Source of the DNA: Antedon mediterranea
Taxonomy: Eukaryota > Animalia > Echinodermata
Assembly: GCF_964355755.1 (NCBI RefSeq)
Contig: NC_092676.1
Location: 22,338,871 to 22,402,870 of the forward strand
Direction of reading: 5' to 3'
DNA length: 64,000 nt
How positions within the stretch are numbered: the first letter of the stretch is position 1; each line of letters opens with the position of its first letter. A model generated the notes under the pieces. That model saw only the letters and a list, made by a program, of their open reading frames with translations. It ran no database searches and had not been told where the DNA came from. The translations under genes and the position numbers were made by a program. Positions 63,601-64,000 of the stretch are shown piece by piece.

Positions 63601-63668
63601 TGGAATCTTCTCTCCAGTGAGTGGCGACACTAACCATGTCTCATCACTGGCATCAATTTGTTTAGGGG
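60628..63668 (-). CDS. SF3A1: Splicing factor 3A subunit 1 (SF3a120/Prp21), 3' exons; gene continues past the right edge
   Basis: Exons 63570-63668 (LVSPLTGEKIP), 63230-63402 (LDPRWIEQR, LAERRTDIFG), 63030-63094 (VIWDGHS), 62700-62783, 61875-62158, 61576-61730, 61100-61273, 60628-60729. The C-terminal ubiquitin-like domain ends KERGGRKR*. All junctions are GT-AG and in phase. Confidence 0.96.
62236..62480 (-). mobile_element. Reverse-transcriptase fragment of a DIRS/Ngaro-type (tyrosine-recombinase) retrotransposon in an SF3A1 intron
   Basis: Hand translation: LNKRYIQPRRFRMETVSSIL / G*DWTATIDLRDACFHVPI...YQFVALPFGLSTAPRVFTRLVR, with a stop and a frameshift. Confidence 0.85.
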
Positions 63669-64000
63669 CTAGAAATATTTATAAAAAAATAATTAAAGTA
63701 TGATATGCGTTTTATTTATTTTACATGCAAACAAAAAAATATTGTGTAGTTAGTATACAAATAATGAATGTTGGATGGTGAGAATATTTCATGAGTAATT
63801 GACCAATCCAATTGCAAGAATACAATCAGGTGTGTAATAATAAAAAATAGTTAAATACTGAACTGGGTATAACCTCACCTCCAAATTTGAAATAATTTAG
63901 ATACAACCTGATGTAAAGGTGTGATATTAGGGTAAACCCTATATTCCTCAAATTTCAGGTTTAAACTTAATATGTATTAAACTTGAGTTAGTACATTACA

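Overview
AT-rich, intron-rich animal genomic DNA, not prokaryotic. A marine invertebrate (possibly a deuterostome) is a weak inference from the repeat types. Five spliced genes can be rebuilt by hand from GT-AG junctions and reading-frame phase: (1) the first coding exon of a leprecan-family gene (CRTAP/P3H-like, minus strand, continues off the left edge); (2) a complete Suppressor of Hairless/RBPJ (CSL) gene on the minus strand, about 11.6-50.4 kb, with two candidate alternative N-terminal exons; (3) HSD17B12/KAR-like 3-ketoacyl-CoA reductase (plus strand, 10 exons, head-to-head with Su(H)); (4) an ISOC2-like isochorismatase (plus strand, 3 exons); (5) the 3' half of SF3A1 (minus strand). Introns are packed with non-autonomous transposons (Tc1/mariner, Harbinger-type, hAT-like and TTAA MITEs, Helentron/DINE-like elements), a Deu-domain SINE, a 5S-derived fragment, RTE and DIRS-type retroelement fragments, and satellites. 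The main signals are: pervasive TACAGTA/TACTGTA and TAGGCCTA words that behave like transposon excision footprints, shown as 5-bp insertions inside other repeats; enrichment of CSL binding sites in the Su(H) gene's own 5' introns and promoter; repeat-derived sequence forming part of a Su(H) splice donor and a candidate branch point; and a Helentron-like element carrying tRNA-Val copies. All coordinates and counts are by eye; no searches were run.
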